In this document: piece after piece, positions 1-10,241 of the stretch
Numbering within the stretch: position 1 is the stretch's first letter
Layout: each line of letters opens with the position of its first letter
Origin: a virus
Lineage: Duplodnaviria; Caudoviricetes
Length of the DNA: 45,786 nt
Strand: one strand, 5' to 3'
Virus record (IMG/VR): IMGVR_UViG_3300022923_000027
Location: 1-45,786 of that record
Notes under the pieces: generated by a model
What the model was told of the DNA's origin: nothing
The model's input: only the letters and a program-made list of their open reading frames with translations
Database searches by the model: none
Program-made: the position numbers and the translations under genes

Positions 1-252
1 TAAAAACAGAAGATTTCTTCACAAATAAAGGTATTCAATTACAACACTCAAAAAAACAAATAAGAAAAAGAAATTCTTATAGTTTTTGGAAAAATATTGT
101 TGATGAAATTAGTCCAAGTTTAAGGACATTCGAGCGAAATAAAGTGATTCAAAAAATATGGCAAGAAATGAATGATCGCAGATGCTTTTCCACAATGACC
201 CAATCTGTTTATGACTTGGAATCTTTAGCCTTATGTACGGAAGATTACGATA

Positions 253-474
253 ATGGATATTGGAGAGAGGAGTAAAAAATATGTTCAATATCACATGGAC
301 AAAACATTTTTTCCAATCTTTAGGGAGAAAATAATGGTTAATGGCTTATGGCATGAAGCAGGTGGAGAGATAAGATACGAGGGGCTTGTCGAAGAAGAAG
401 ATGGAAGCCAATCTAGTTACCTCTTTCCCATCTTTGACCCCGAATCGGATGAGTTTGATGATTATGCAGGATAA
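253..474 (+). CDS. hypothetical phage protein
   Basis: ORF track; acidic small ORF co-oriented with neighbours; start uncertain. Confidence 0.5.
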   Translation: MDIGERSKKYVQYHMDKTFFPIFREKIMVNGLWHEAGGEIRYEGLVEEEDGSQSSYLFPIFDPESDEFDDYAG

Positions 475-517
475 TTTTATTCTTGACAAATATTTTATTT
501 TGTGTTAAGATATTGAA

Positions 518-673
518 ATGAAGCAAATAATACTACAAGTTCTTGAAGAGTTGAAAGACTCACAAATAAACCTACAAAGTGAATCTGCGAGAGAAGATAT
601 TGCAGAAGAATTATACAAAAGACTTGACAAATATGTTGTTGATGTTTTAGAATTAGCAATGACAGGAGAGTAA
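518..673 (+). CDS. hypothetical 51-aa protein (MKQIILQVLEELKDSQINLQSESARE...), not in ORF track
   Basis: Translated by hand; TTGACA(483)-N17-TAAGAT promoter ends 6 nt before ATG. Confidence 0.65.
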   Translation: MKQIILQVLEELKDSQINLQSESAREDIAEELYKRLDKYVVDVLELAMTGE

Positions 674-675
674 AT

Positions 676-924
676 ATGTTCGATCAATTTGAGTATGAAA
701 AAAGAATACAAAAAACGATTCAAGCAATCGATCTTATGTATGAAAATATAGGAGATGAATTGAGTGTTGAACAATTAGAACAAGTTCAATTTAGGCATCA
801 ACTTTTGATCGATCAAGCACAATTTTGGTTGACCCAAGATAATCAAGATAGATTTTTTTATGATCTAAAAGATTTCGGCAATTGGTTATTGGATTATTTA
901 GGTTGGGAAAAGGATGATGTGTAG
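676..924 (+). CDS. hypothetical phage protein
   Basis: ORF track; tightly packed in operon. Confidence 0.65.
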   Translation: MFDQFEYEKRIQKTIQAIDLMYENIGDELSVEQLEQVQFRHQLLIDQAQFWLTQDNQDRFFYDLKDFGNWLLDYLGWEKDDV

Positions 925-1181
925 TGAGTGCGAAAATTTCGGATGAGGATAGATTGTTTGAGTTTCGCTTGGAATATATAAGTAATAACTCTATGGGTCA
1001 CAACTATCATTATTATCTTGCACACAACGCAATCGAAGCATTAAAATTTCAAATAGAAATGATGGACTCAAAACAATGGAGTATAGAAATAATAAAACTA
1101 GAAAGAAAATGTCCATACGCAAATAAATGGATTAACGAAAGCGAGGTATTAAATAAGATAGATGAACTCAAAAATGGATGA
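924..1181 (+). CDS. hypothetical phage protein
   Basis: ORF track; GTG start overlapping upstream stop. Confidence 0.6.
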   Translation: MSAKISDEDRLFEFRLEYISNNSMGHNYHYYLAHNAIEALKFQIEMMDSKQWSIEIIKLERKCPYANKWINESEVLNKIDELKNG

Positions 1182-1359
1182 AACTATAACAGAGCATATT
1201 TACTACGAGCGAGGTAAAGAAGAATCTTCCAAACTTAATCGCACAAAAAAAGATGTTGAGTTATGGCAAGATGGATACAACAAGGGATTCGCAGATGCCC
1301 AAGAAAAATTGGCAAAGTTGTTCGACAAAAAGTTATCCGAAATACTTGAAGATCAATGA
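1162..1359 (+). CDS. hypothetical phage protein
   Basis: ORF track; overlaps upstream gene end; start uncertain. Confidence 0.55.
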   Translation: MNSKMDETITEHIYYERGKEESSKLNRTKKDVELWQDGYNKGFADAQEKLAKLFDKKLSEILEDQ

Positions 1360-1408
1360 TTTACAGAAAAAGCTTGACAAGCTCAAGAAATTTTTGTAAA
1401 CTTATGGC

Positions 1409-1633
1409 ATGATTGATTTTATTGCAGACATGAAAGCTTCGATTGCGAAGCATGAAAGAGAGTTAGCCTCAAAGCCTCGCAAGGGCATGATGGTATATTT
1501 AGATAAAAGCACTCCAATTTTGGTGCAGTACGCAAGTGAAGACGCTTTCAACAAAGCCAAGTCGGTCACTTCTCGTAGTGGGCAGTCGAGTTGCTTGCGT
1601 AATGTATTAGATGCAGGAGGAAGATTGCAGTAA
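1409..1633 (+). CDS. hypothetical phage protein
   Basis: ORF track; TTGACA(1374)-N17-TAAACT ends 6 nt before ATG. Confidence 0.65.
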   Translation: MIDFIADMKASIAKHERELASKPRKGMMVYLDKSTPILVQYASEDAFNKAKSVTSRSGQSSCLRNVLDAGGRLQ

Positions 1634-1747
1634 AAGCATGATAAAAGATGCAAAATAATTGTTTAAGTATATAAATACTAATTTTCCACCAATAACACAA
1701 CAAAATGCTTGACATATCATGCAATTTTAATAAACTCAATAATACAC

Positions 1748-1906
1748 ATGAACGAAGTAACAGACTTAATTGAACAAAAAATTTTAGAGATTGAAAATTA
1801 TCCAATCACCACACAAGAAGAAGAATCAATGATGATCTATGAACTCACTTGTCTTCACAAAATTCAGCGATTGTGCGAACAACTCAAAGAAAATTGCCCA
1901 ATTTAA
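1748..1906 (+). CDS. hypothetical phage protein
   Basis: ATG inside track ORF 1709..1906, downstream of TTGACA at 1709. Confidence 0.5.
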   Translation: MNEVTDLIEQKILEIENYPITTQEEESMMIYELTCLHKIQRLCEQLKENCPI

Positions 1907-1979
1907 AAAAAACACTTGACATACATCCGAATATATGAGATACTATATTCTTACTTAAAAAACACAAACCATAAAAATT

Positions 1980-4244
1980 ATGATTATTGCAGAAAACAAA
2001 CAAAACAAAGTTGTAACATCTCACGATTTCGATTCAGTAAATTGCACCATAGATGCAGAAGATATGCGTTATGTTGCCTCACTCTTGCGAAACAACTATT
2101 CAGACACTCAATTAGCAGTTATCAGAGAGATTAGTGCGAATGCTCTTGATGCAAACCTAGAAGCAAATTCCAAGCGAAAGATTGAAGTAACCTTGCCAAG
2201 CAAAATGAACACAAACTTTTGCGTTCGTGATTTTGGCAATGGTCTTAGTCAAGAAGATGTTTTTGGTTTATACTCCAAGTACGGCAAGTCAACCAAGCGA
2301 AGTTCCAACAACTATATTGGTGCATTTGGTATTGGCAAGTTTGCTCCTCTTTCATACGGAGACAATTTTACTTGCGTATCTTTTCATCAAGGAACAAAAA
2401 CTTCATACAATATTTTCGTTGACGAGCATGATGATACCAAGATTGTCAAGTTGCATGAAGAATCATCATCTGAACCAACAGGTTTAAGTATCGAAGTCGC
2501 AATTTCAGACTTGGATATAGATAACTTTAGAAAACTTTGTAAGAAATTCTTTAAATTCTTTCCGCAAAAAGATATGCCCAAGTTTCTTGGTGCAGAAGAA
2601 GGTTTCATAAGCACTCCGAAAATTTTACTTGAAAGTAAAAATGAAGATTGGTTCTTTATTGAACACGAATCTTCGTATTATTATCGACACAATTCTAATG
2701 CAAACATCATCATGGGCAGAGTATCTTATCCCATCAATTCTAGTGCGATAGATGTGAAGAATTATGTGCAGGATGATCGAATTATTGCTACAATAGAATC
2801 GCTCTTGCAGGATAGCAATTTTTACCTACGAGTACCTCTTGGTTGCGTTAAATTACATCATAGTCGAGAGTCCTTGGAGTACAACAAGCCAACACAAAAA
2901 TTTATTGTGCAGTTGATGGTTGAATCGGTCAAGGAAATTCAAGAATTAGCAAGAGAAAAACTTGCAGATTCTGAAGATTTATTTGAAGCAAAGTCAAATC
3001 ATGCAAAGATCGTAAATTCTTTGCCAAGCACTTTGCAACGAGCATTTCAGAATTCTTTTGCATGGAAAGGTATATCAATAAGTTCCTCTGCTTTTCATCG
3101 TCCTCATGGTATGCATGAAGATTTAATCATCACGCAAACAGATAGAGAATCAGACTCAAATGCAAGAGATGGTTTTCGTGTGCGTAGCAACAAAACGCAT
3201 AGATTAATTTGTCAAGATAATTGCTTGATTATGATTCAAGATATTGAATCTTCTCATGGTAACAATCTTAGGGCAAGAACTTTATTTACCGAGAACCCCG
3301 ACTTGCAAGTTGTTTATACTATTTTTGCAAAAGATAAATCTGCAAGATCAGTTATGAAAAATGATTGGCATTTTGATCGTGTAGACAAAAAACATTTACG
3401 CTATTCATCAAAAGTAGAAAAGCAAAAACCATTGCGTAATGGAGTACGCAAAAGCAATGGCAGTCGAGCAGATATTCAGTTATTCGAAATGATAACGGAC
3501 GGCACTCGTTGGAGAAATGCTGACTATTGGAAAAATGTCACCGAAGACATTTCTGCTTTGCAGGGCAAGAAAAATGCAAAAGGTTTAATTGATGGAAAAT
3601 TTGTTTATGTTCCCATTAAAAACTACAAGATAGATATTGAAGATCACGATCTTGAATCTATATCAAAAAAGTCTTCTCTTGTAAGAACAATGTCTTCTAA
3701 TTCGCAAGAAAAATCTTTTAGATTATTTGGAGTGCGTAGTGGCGATGTCTCGAAATTAGACAAAGATTCTTGGATTTCATTCATTGATGTTTACAAGCAA
3801 TTCATTCAATCTTACTTAAAAAACAATGTAGTTAAAGCCAAGCAAGCATACAAGTTAAATCTTGTGAACAACTCTCCATTCAGAAATGAAATCTCAGAGT
3901 TGCGTTATGGAATTGCACGAATTTTCTCGTCAGATCATTTTGACTCGCTCAATCTAGGCAAGAACCATTTATTTTCAAAACTGAAAGATGACATTAATTC
4001 TATTGTGAACAATGACATAAATAATCATTGCAAAATTTTCGTCAACTATCTTGCTACCAACGGAGAGAAAGATTGGCTTGAATTTAATCTTGATAGTGGA
4101 TTCTCACCCAAACAATTCAAGCAGGATATTGACTCAATCAACGACTCATATCCAATGTTAAAATATGTATCAAATAGTGTAAATTCTTATGGTCAAGATC
4201 AAAAGAAAATTTTCCAAGATATACTTGATTACATATCATCTTAA
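1980..4244 (+). CDS. rIIA: RIIA-like protein with N-terminal GHKL/HATPase_c domain
   Basis: REISANALDA, VRDFGNGLS, YGKSTKR and GAFGIGK GHKL motifs; SRESLEY motif; 754 aa; directly upstream of an rIIB-like gene. Confidence 0.85.
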   Translation: MIIAENKQNKVVTSHDFDSVNCTIDAEDMRYVASLLRNNYSDTQLAVIREISANALDANLEANSKRKIEVTLPSKMNTNFCVRDFGNGLSQEDVFGLYSKYGKSTKRSSNNYIGAFGIGKFAPLSYGDNFTCVSFHQGTKTSYNIFVDEHDDTKIVKLHEESSSEPTGLSIEVAISDLDIDNFRKLCKKFFKFFPQKDMPKFLGAEEGFISTPKILLESKNEDWFFIEHESSYYYRHNSNANIIMGRVSYPINSSAIDVKNYVQDDRIIATIESLLQDSNFYLRVPLGCVKLHHSRESLEYNKPTQKFIVQLMVESVKEIQELAREKLADSEDLFEAKSNHAKIVNSLPSTLQRAFQNSFAWKGISISSSAFHRPHGMHEDLIITQTDRESDSNARDGFRVRSNKTHRLICQDNCLIMIQDIESSHGNNLRARTLFTENPDLQVVYTIFAKDKSARSVMKNDWHFDRVDKKHLRYSSKVEKQKPLRNGVRKSNGSRADIQLFEMITDGTRWRNADYWKNVTEDISALQGKKNAKGLIDGKFVYVPIKNYKIDIEDHDLESISKKSSLVRTMSSNSQEKSFRLFGVRSGDVSKLDKDSWISFIDVYKQFIQSYLKNNVVKAKQAYKLNLVNNSPFRNEISELRYGIARIFSSDHFDSLNLGKNHLFSKLKDDINSIVNNDINNHCKIFVNYLATNGEKDWLEFNLDSGFSPKQFKQDIDSINDSYPMLKYVSNSVNSYGQDQKKIFQDILDYISS

Positions 4245-4287
4245 AATTAACTTGACAAAACAAACAAAATAGAATATATTATATATT

Positions 4288-5379
4288 ATGAACAAAGTAC
4301 CATATACAATAAGCGAAAATTCAATTACCATCTTTTGGGAAGGTAAACCATATACAATTCGTAAAGATCACGCAAATTACGAGTTGGCAAAGAAAGCCAT
4401 TTTTGATGCACGATATGATGATCTTGGGAACTTGATTGACATCAAGAAATCGATAGAAAATTTCATCGAGGGAGACATCGAAGTTCGTGACGAAGTTGTT
4501 TACTACAAGGGTCATCGATTGCATGGTGTTGTTGTTGACAAGTTGATAGATATGCTACGAAGCGGAATGAAAGACTCTGCTCCTCTCGTCAACTTTATCA
4601 CTCGACTGCAAGCCAACCCAAGTGCCAATAGCGTCAACGAATTGTACACCTTTTTGAGTTACAGAGCATTGCCGAATGATGAAGACGGCATGGTGCTTGG
4701 CTACAAAGGTGTTCAAGGTGATTATTGGTCACAAACAGGCAATGCAGATACGATTGTGGTGCAAGGCAAAACCAACGAACGCCATCAAATTTTTAATGGA
4801 GTTGGCGAGACTATCGAGGTTGCTCGTAGATGCGTTGATGACAATAAAAACAATCATTGCTCTTTTGGTCTTCATGTTGGTAGTTATGACTATGCAAACA
4901 ATTGGGCAGGAGAAAACGGCAAATTACTTGTCGTACAATTTGATCCTGCTGATGCAGTTAGCGTTCCTACTGATTGCGATTTTCAAAAACTACGAGTTAG
5001 CAAGTACAAGGTAATTTCAGACATTACTGATACTCGTACCGAACTTTTCAAGCCTGTCTACGAGGCAAACAAGCCCATATACGGAAGCGATGACGAGTTG
5101 GATACAGAAGATTATGATGACGAGGGATGCTATGGAGAATGCGACTCTTGTTCTTGTGATGACGAACAACAAGATTTAGAATATCTTGCGATAAGAAATT
5201 ACATCGAAAACAAGCACGAAGATGGAGACTATCCAACTTTAAAGCAAATTCAAAGCAGAATGAAAGGTTCTGAATTGAGTTGTGGAGAAATTCTTGACAT
5301 TGTCAAAGAACTAGATTATTATGTATGTGAAGACTTTGGTTCTCCAAGATCAATGTGGAGAGTAGAACCATCCTTATAA
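4288..5379 (+). CDS. rIIB: RIIB-like protein
   Basis: NPS..SV.ELY.FL, DG..LGYKGV, R..VDD....CS.GLHVG and DAVSVP.D...KLRV.KY motifs typical of rIIB; adjacent to rIIA. Confidence 0.85.
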   Translation: MNKVPYTISENSITIFWEGKPYTIRKDHANYELAKKAIFDARYDDLGNLIDIKKSIENFIEGDIEVRDEVVYYKGHRLHGVVVDKLIDMLRSGMKDSAPLVNFITRLQANPSANSVNELYTFLSYRALPNDEDGMVLGYKGVQGDYWSQTGNADTIVVQGKTNERHQIFNGVGETIEVARRCVDDNKNNHCSFGLHVGSYDYANNWAGENGKLLVVQFDPADAVSVPTDCDFQKLRVSKYKVISDITDTRTELFKPVYEANKPIYGSDDELDTEDYDDEGCYGECDSCSCDDEQQDLEYLAIRNYIENKHEDGDYPTLKQIQSRMKGSELSCGEILDIVKELDYYVCEDFGSPRSMWRVEPSL

Positions 5380-5401
5380 TTTAATTTAACAAAAAAATAT
5401 T

Positions 5402-5653
5402 ATGAATAACACTACAACTGATGTAAAATTGCTTGACCAAATCACTCAAGCGAACGAGGCTCAAGTCGATTCAATTTGGGCAATATTAAAATACAAAGAA
5501 ATTGGAATCTATCGGAAGATCGCTTGTATCTGTGAAGTCTTAAATCTTGACTTCCAAGAAGCATTAAGCGATCTCCCCCAAGACGAAGAAGGTAGAATAC
5601 TAGACTACAAGACTCGACACATGATTCACGATACTCTTATTGGAATCTCGTAA
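5402..5653 (+). CDS. hypothetical phage protein
   Basis: ORF track; operon position. Confidence 0.65.
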   Translation: MNNTTTDVKLLDQITQANEAQVDSIWAILKYKEIGIYRKIACICEVLNLDFQEALSDLPQDEEGRILDYKTRHMIHDTLIGIS

Positions 5654-5655
5654 AC

Positions 5656-6063
5656 ATGAGATTAACCAAGTCGAAGATGTTGAATCTTTACTTGGAACTC
5701 GATAAATGTATCGAAAAATTCGTTCAGCAAATTATCGTTAGAGGGTTTTTAAAAATCGGTGATGGTAGTTACAAATCAGTTTACTCCAAAAATAAATTAG
5801 GTTATGTAATTAAAATTGCCGAATCCCTCAACGATGAATTTGCGGAGTTGCCAAGTGATTTAAAAAAATTTTATATACAACCATACTATATCGACAATCA
5901 AATAGTAATCCAAGACAGGGCAAATACCAAGCAGAACGCACAAGCACACAAAAAAATTCATTCGATTCTAGGAAATGATCGTTGCCATGACCTCGACATT
6001 TACAAGCAAAATTGCGGTATGCTAAAAGGAAAACCTGTTGTATTTGATTTCGCACTCATTTAA
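5656..6063 (+). CDS. minimal protein-kinase-like fold protein
   Basis: IGDGSYKSVY Gly loop, VIK lysine, DIYKQNCG catalytic-loop-like and VFDF motifs in 135 aa. Confidence 0.6.
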   Translation: MRLTKSKMLNLYLELDKCIEKFVQQIIVRGFLKIGDGSYKSVYSKNKLGYVIKIAESLNDEFAELPSDLKKFYIQPYYIDNQIVIQDRANTKQNAQAHKKIHSILGNDRCHDLDIYKQNCGMLKGKPVVFDFALI

Positions 6064-6163
6064 TATGATAACACAAAACATTGATAAACAAAGCATTATA
6101 ACAAAATTAATTTTCTTGAAAAAAATCATTGACATTAACCAATAACCTGTCATACTTATAAAC

Positions 6164-6925
6164 ATGAACATTGCAGAAAACACATTGAACAAACAAGTAT
6201 TATTATTAGAGAACGCTATCGCTCCAATCAACGATTTGGTTGAAGTTGCAAAGCAGGAGAAGCAGGTTGATCCCCTCAAGGATGTAGATCGTTTCTTCAA
6301 TAACCTTAAACTCGGTGCAGTTCATGCAGAGCAAGAGTATTGGACTGACTTGATTCCCAAAGACGATTCGGAAATGTTTGCTCGTTGGGTGTTTGCCATT
6401 ATGAGTGTGCATACCACTTGGGAAAGTAATGTGCGAGGCTACGAGATTGCCATGAGCGATCTTTCTTGGACTATCTCCAAGGACAAACTAAAAGAGATGA
6501 TTGTCAAAGCGAGAGTCGGCTTGTACGAGCGTAGAGAGCGTGGATTATGGGACTTGGCAACCAAGTTTCGTGAGAATCCCGATCAATTCAAGAAGCAAGA
6601 TGATGAGACATGGCAAGAATGTCGCAATCGTTTAATTGGAAAAATTTATGGGTTAGGTAACGCAAAAACCACTTATGCTCTTGCGTTGAGTTATCCGACT
6701 GAAGCACAACTTTGTTGCTTGGATGTTCACCTGTTGCGTTTCATGGGTCACGATCTCAAGAAAGGTCACGCAAACACTCTCAAAGAGTATCAACGCATGG
6801 AGAACGAGTGGATCGCACGATGCGACAAGCATAGAATTTCCCCGAATGTTGCAAGAGAAATGTATTGGAACAAGGTTCAAGGCAGAAGAAATTCTCGCTA
6901 TTGGAGTTACTGCTTGGAGAGATAA
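6164..6925 (+). CDS. HhH-GPD superfamily DNA glycosylase-like protein
   Basis: IYGLGNAKT helix-hairpin-helix followed by CLDVHLLR catalytic Asp motif; leaderless promoter at 6129. Confidence 0.7.
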   Translation: MNIAENTLNKQVLLLENAIAPINDLVEVAKQEKQVDPLKDVDRFFNNLKLGAVHAEQEYWTDLIPKDDSEMFARWVFAIMSVHTTWESNVRGYEIAMSDLSWTISKDKLKEMIVKARVGLYERRERGLWDLATKFRENPDQFKKQDDETWQECRNRLIGKIYGLGNAKTTYALALSYPTEAQLCCLDVHLLRFMGHDLKKGHANTLKEYQRMENEWIARCDKHRISPNVAREMYWNKVQGRRNSRYWSYCLER

Positions 6926-6929
6926 AATT

Positions 6930-7142
6930 ATGAAATTATCAGACAAACAATTAATTGCATTACAAAATGTGTTGGATTGCATGGAACATTATATGTTGAT
7001 TGACCATGTGAGAGATGAATACGGAGAATCAGATTGGAATGATCTGCACGAACAAGTTGAGACTCTTCAAAGCATAGTCAACAAACACTTGCCTGTTGCA
7101 GATAGACCATTTGAAAGAATACAATTAGTATTTCCACAATAA
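6930..7142 (+). CDS. hypothetical phage protein
   Basis: ATG 4 nt after upstream stop, inside track ORF 6723..7142. Confidence 0.6.
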   Translation: MKLSDKQLIALQNVLDCMEHYMLIDHVRDEYGESDWNDLHEQVETLQSIVNKHLPVADRPFERIQLVFPQ

Positions 7143-7143
7143 C

Positions 7144-7350
7144 ATGAAAGAATATAATATACAATTAGGATTAACGCACGAAGAAATTCAAAGTTTATTG
7201 AACGGAGAAATTTCTACATTCAACTTTATTCCAACTGACGATACAGAATACAATGATAGAATCAGCGTTCACATCAAGAATGTCGAAGAAGATTCGCCAT
7301 TATCAGATTGCATGAATTTAGTTGTTGACAATCTCGCAGAAGTACAATAG
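7144..7350 (+). CDS. hypothetical phage protein
   Basis: ORF track; tight packing. Confidence 0.6.
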   Translation: MKEYNIQLGLTHEEIQSLLNGEISTFNFIPTDDTEYNDRISVHIKNVEEDSPLSDCMNLVVDNLAEVQ

Positions 7351-7359
7351 GATATTAAC

Positions 7360-7662
7360 ATGACTAAAAAAATACAAGCAGAACTTACTCGTGGAGATGA
7401 AATCCTAGAAGAATTATCAGACATCAATGAAGATGCAATTGTTCTTGAGCCTCGATCAACCTTTAATCGTGCGATTATCGGTAGTGATATTGATTGCAGA
7501 CTTGTTTATTCGATCACCAAGATCATTCGTGCATTAATGGATGAAGATGGTATGAATGAAGATGAAGCATTAGAATGGTTTGAGTATAATACTCTTGGAA
7601 CATTCAACGGCATGAACAACCACAACAAACCTATTTTCATGTATGATGAATTTATTTTCTAA
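7360..7662 (+). CDS. conserved phage hypothetical protein
   Basis: AIIG...VYS...M..DEA.EWFEYN.LG pattern, recalled as a common phage small-protein family. Confidence 0.7.
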   Translation: MTKKIQAELTRGDEILEELSDINEDAIVLEPRSTFNRAIIGSDIDCRLVYSITKIIRALMDEDGMNEDEALEWFEYNTLGTFNGMNNHNKPIFMYDEFIF

Positions 7663-7862
7663 TGAATTTTGATATTTTGATGAAAGTTCAAGAACAAGAA
7701 GAGGAAATTAACGATCTCAAGAAACATATCAGAGACTTGGAAATGGAACTTGAGTTTATGTATGTCAGAGAACCTAACGAAATAAAATATATTTCTAACT
7801 TAGAAAACACAATAGACCAATTATACGAAAAATTAGATGCATTTAGCGATGAGAACAACTGA
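7662..7862 (+). CDS. hypothetical coiled-coil protein
   Basis: ORF track; TAATG overlap. Confidence 0.6.
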   Translation: MNFDILMKVQEQEEEINDLKKHIRDLEMELEFMYVREPNEIKYISNLENTIDQLYEKLDAFSDENN

Positions 7863-8052
7863 ATTTCAGAGTCGAGAAGGTGAACCAACGATTGACGATA
7901 TGCGTTATGATCTTGCCGAACAAGACGCAATGAACATGAATACAGGTCAAATTATTGAAATTTTATTGGATGGAGTGCAAGGACTAAATGAAATTCCCGA
8001 CATTGAAATTAAAGATGAATGGAATAGCATTTTTGGTGTTGACAAAGATTAA
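7837..8052 (+). CDS. hypothetical phage protein
   Basis: ORF track; true start probably the second Met. Confidence 0.55.
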   Translation: MHLAMRTTEFQSREGEPTIDDMRYDLAEQDAMNMNTGQIIEILLDGVQGLNEIPDIEIKDEWNSIFGVDKD

Positions 8053-8424
8053 ATCATAGTTCATACTTATAGTTATGCAAAAAACATACAGAAAGATGCT
8101 ATACGAAGAATTACAAAGATTAGTATATAAAGAAAATTATTAAATTAGATTATGCAAATGATATTCTTGAATTATTTGATGAGGAGATTGAAGATGGACA
8201 TACTGATTCAACTGCATACAACAAAGCAATGCAAGATATAGATAATGTACAAAATGGAGAATGGGATTTATGAATTATACAGATGATAATATAGAGTTAG
8301 TTGCACAAAAAATTGTAGACGATATGGACTTAGATGATTTGATGAATTATGTCTATGATGACCTTTGTGCTATTATGGATAAAGATGAAGAATTATTTCA
8401 TGTAAATGTAGAAAACTTTATAGA

Positions 8425-8640
8425 ATGAAAATTACTAATAAATGGGAAGAAACTTTTGAAGTAAATGTTGGCGATTATGTTGGATTTAAATGCGACATTG
8501 AACAATGTGGGAAAGTAAAACAGATTCAATCAAGAGGAGCATTGATAGTTGAAAACAAAAATGGATTCGATGGAGATTATATCGGTGGAGATACCGAAGT
8601 ATTGGTTGGATTTGATGAAGTATGGAAAGAAAATTATTAA
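8425..8640 (+). CDS. hypothetical small beta-rich (SH3-like) protein
   Basis: VGDYVGFKCDIEQCGKV pattern. Confidence 0.6.
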   Translation: MKITNKWEETFEVNVGDYVGFKCDIEQCGKVKQIQSRGALIVENKNGFDGDYIGGDTEVLVGFDEVWKENY

Positions 8641-8652
8641 ACAAAATTAATT

Positions 8653-8862
8653 ATGAAATTAACAAAAAAGCAAAAAGAAACATTGAGTGACTATGGTTGG
8701 GACTTGATTACTGCATCTGAAGATGGCGAAGCACAAGATTGTGCATGGGTTAGCATTGCCCCCGAAGATGGAGCAATATATGGCGAGATTGTTTCTCATT
8801 TTGGCTTGACAGGTGAAGGCGAAGATGTTAAATTATTAGTTATCGGAACAAGCGAAGACTAA
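8653..8862 (+). CDS. hypothetical phage protein
   Basis: ORF track. Confidence 0.6.
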   Translation: MKLTKKQKETLSDYGWDLITASEDGEAQDCAWVSIAPEDGAIYGEIVSHFGLTGEGEDVKLLVIGTSED

Positions 8863-9164
8863 TGGAATTAAGAACTGCAATAGAACTTGTATTGAACGAA
8901 GCAGAAGCAAGTGCTTTGGGCGAAAACAATCAAGAGACACTAGAAGCAGTCACTTTATTGCATGATTTTTTGGATTGGGTTGCCGACGATGTGAAAATGT
9001 GGGATGAAACAATTCAACAAGATGAATCGCACGATTTCATGCAAGATCAAAACAAGATGCTCGATTTCGATGAATTAAGCAAACAAGAATTTTTAGATAA
9101 ATATCCTTTCACAACAGAAGAAGAATATAACATCACAAGAATAAATCAAAAAAACCAAAACTAA
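8862..9164 (+). CDS. hypothetical phage protein
   Basis: ORF track; TAATG overlap. Confidence 0.65.
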   Translation: MELRTAIELVLNEAEASALGENNQETLEAVTLLHDFLDWVADDVKMWDETIQQDESHDFMQDQNKMLDFDELSKQEFLDKYPFTTEEEYNITRINQKNQN

Positions 9165-9176
9165 TTGAATAAAAAA

Positions 9177-9782
9177 ATGAATTATTTTAATCACAAGCAA
9201 ATTGCGTGGAAAACATGGAGTCCACAGAATGTAGTATTTAAAAGCAACAACTTGATTAAAAAAGTTGTGCCAAGTGAAAACATTTTATCTTGGAGTAGCA
9301 AGGGTGATCGTGACCAAAAGATGTGCAAGCGAACCAAAGGTAGGTTAATTACATCCAAAAATTGGCAAGGTAAGGTAGAAACTTTTCATGGTTGCGAAAA
9401 CTATAATGGAGTTATGGTTCAAATGAAAGATGCCAAGAGTGAGTATCCATCATTCAATATCGACTTTATTGACTGCACAGAGAGACTAGATAGTGTTGGC
9501 AACCAAAAAGGTAGGCTCGACATTTTAGTTTATCTTAATTCTTTTCATCAGACTTACAAGTGGGTTGCAGATAGCAATGGTAATTATACCAAGCAAGCGA
9601 GTGGAAATGTCACTCCATTGCGAGAAGGTTATCGTATGTGCTATGGTGGACAAGGAGATGCAAATAGTTTAGATTTTGATGAATTTCACGAAATGATTCA
9701 GATCACAGAAGCATTGCGAGATTTTCTTGTTGAGGTTGTTGTTCCAACCAAAAATGGAGAATTCCTAGACTTAGTTGCATGA
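9177..9782 (+). CDS. hypothetical phage protein
   Basis: ORF track 9165..9782; first ATG at 9177. Confidence 0.7.
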   Translation: MNYFNHKQIAWKTWSPQNVVFKSNNLIKKVVPSENILSWSSKGDRDQKMCKRTKGRLITSKNWQGKVETFHGCENYNGVMVQMKDAKSEYPSFNIDFIDCTERLDSVGNQKGRLDILVYLNSFHQTYKWVADSNGNYTKQASGNVTPLREGYRMCYGGQGDANSLDFDEFHEMIQITEALRDFLVEVVVPTKNGEFLDLVA

Positions 9783-10010
9783 GAATTTTCATTAAATCAG
9801 ATACAATACTACTTTCAAATCAAGAGTCAGATATTGCTTACGCAAAAAGATGTAAATTAAAAGAAATAAAAAAATGATACAATTACCCGAAATATTTCAA
9901 GCAATGAGCGTTATACTTGGTTGCGTTCTTGTTTTATTGTTCATGCTGATAATCGCAAATACAGAAGAATAATGCTTGACAAGCACTAGGATTTACCTTA
10001 TTCTTTAATT

Positions 10011-10238
10011 ATGAACAAAACATTTGAAGTAGAAATTGAAAGCACAACTTATCGCACTTATACAATCGAAGCAGATTCAGCAAGTGAAGCACAAGAGATT
10101 GCTTTCGCACAATTAGACGAAGACTATATGATTAGCACGGCATGGAAAGAGGGAGCAAAGGTTTCTTCCTGCAATCCTCTTGGTGGAACATCAAACATGG
10201 ATAATGATGAGTTTGGGAAATATATTAGAGGAGAGTAA
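10011..10238 (+). CDS. hypothetical phage protein
   Basis: Y.IEA.S..EA motif; TTGACA(9976)-N17-TATTCT ends 6 nt before ATG. Confidence 0.7.
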   Translation: MNKTFEVEIESTTYRTYTIEADSASEAQEIAFAQLDEDYMISTAWKEGAKVSSCNPLGGTSNMDNDEFGKYIRGE

Positions 10239-10241
10239 AAG

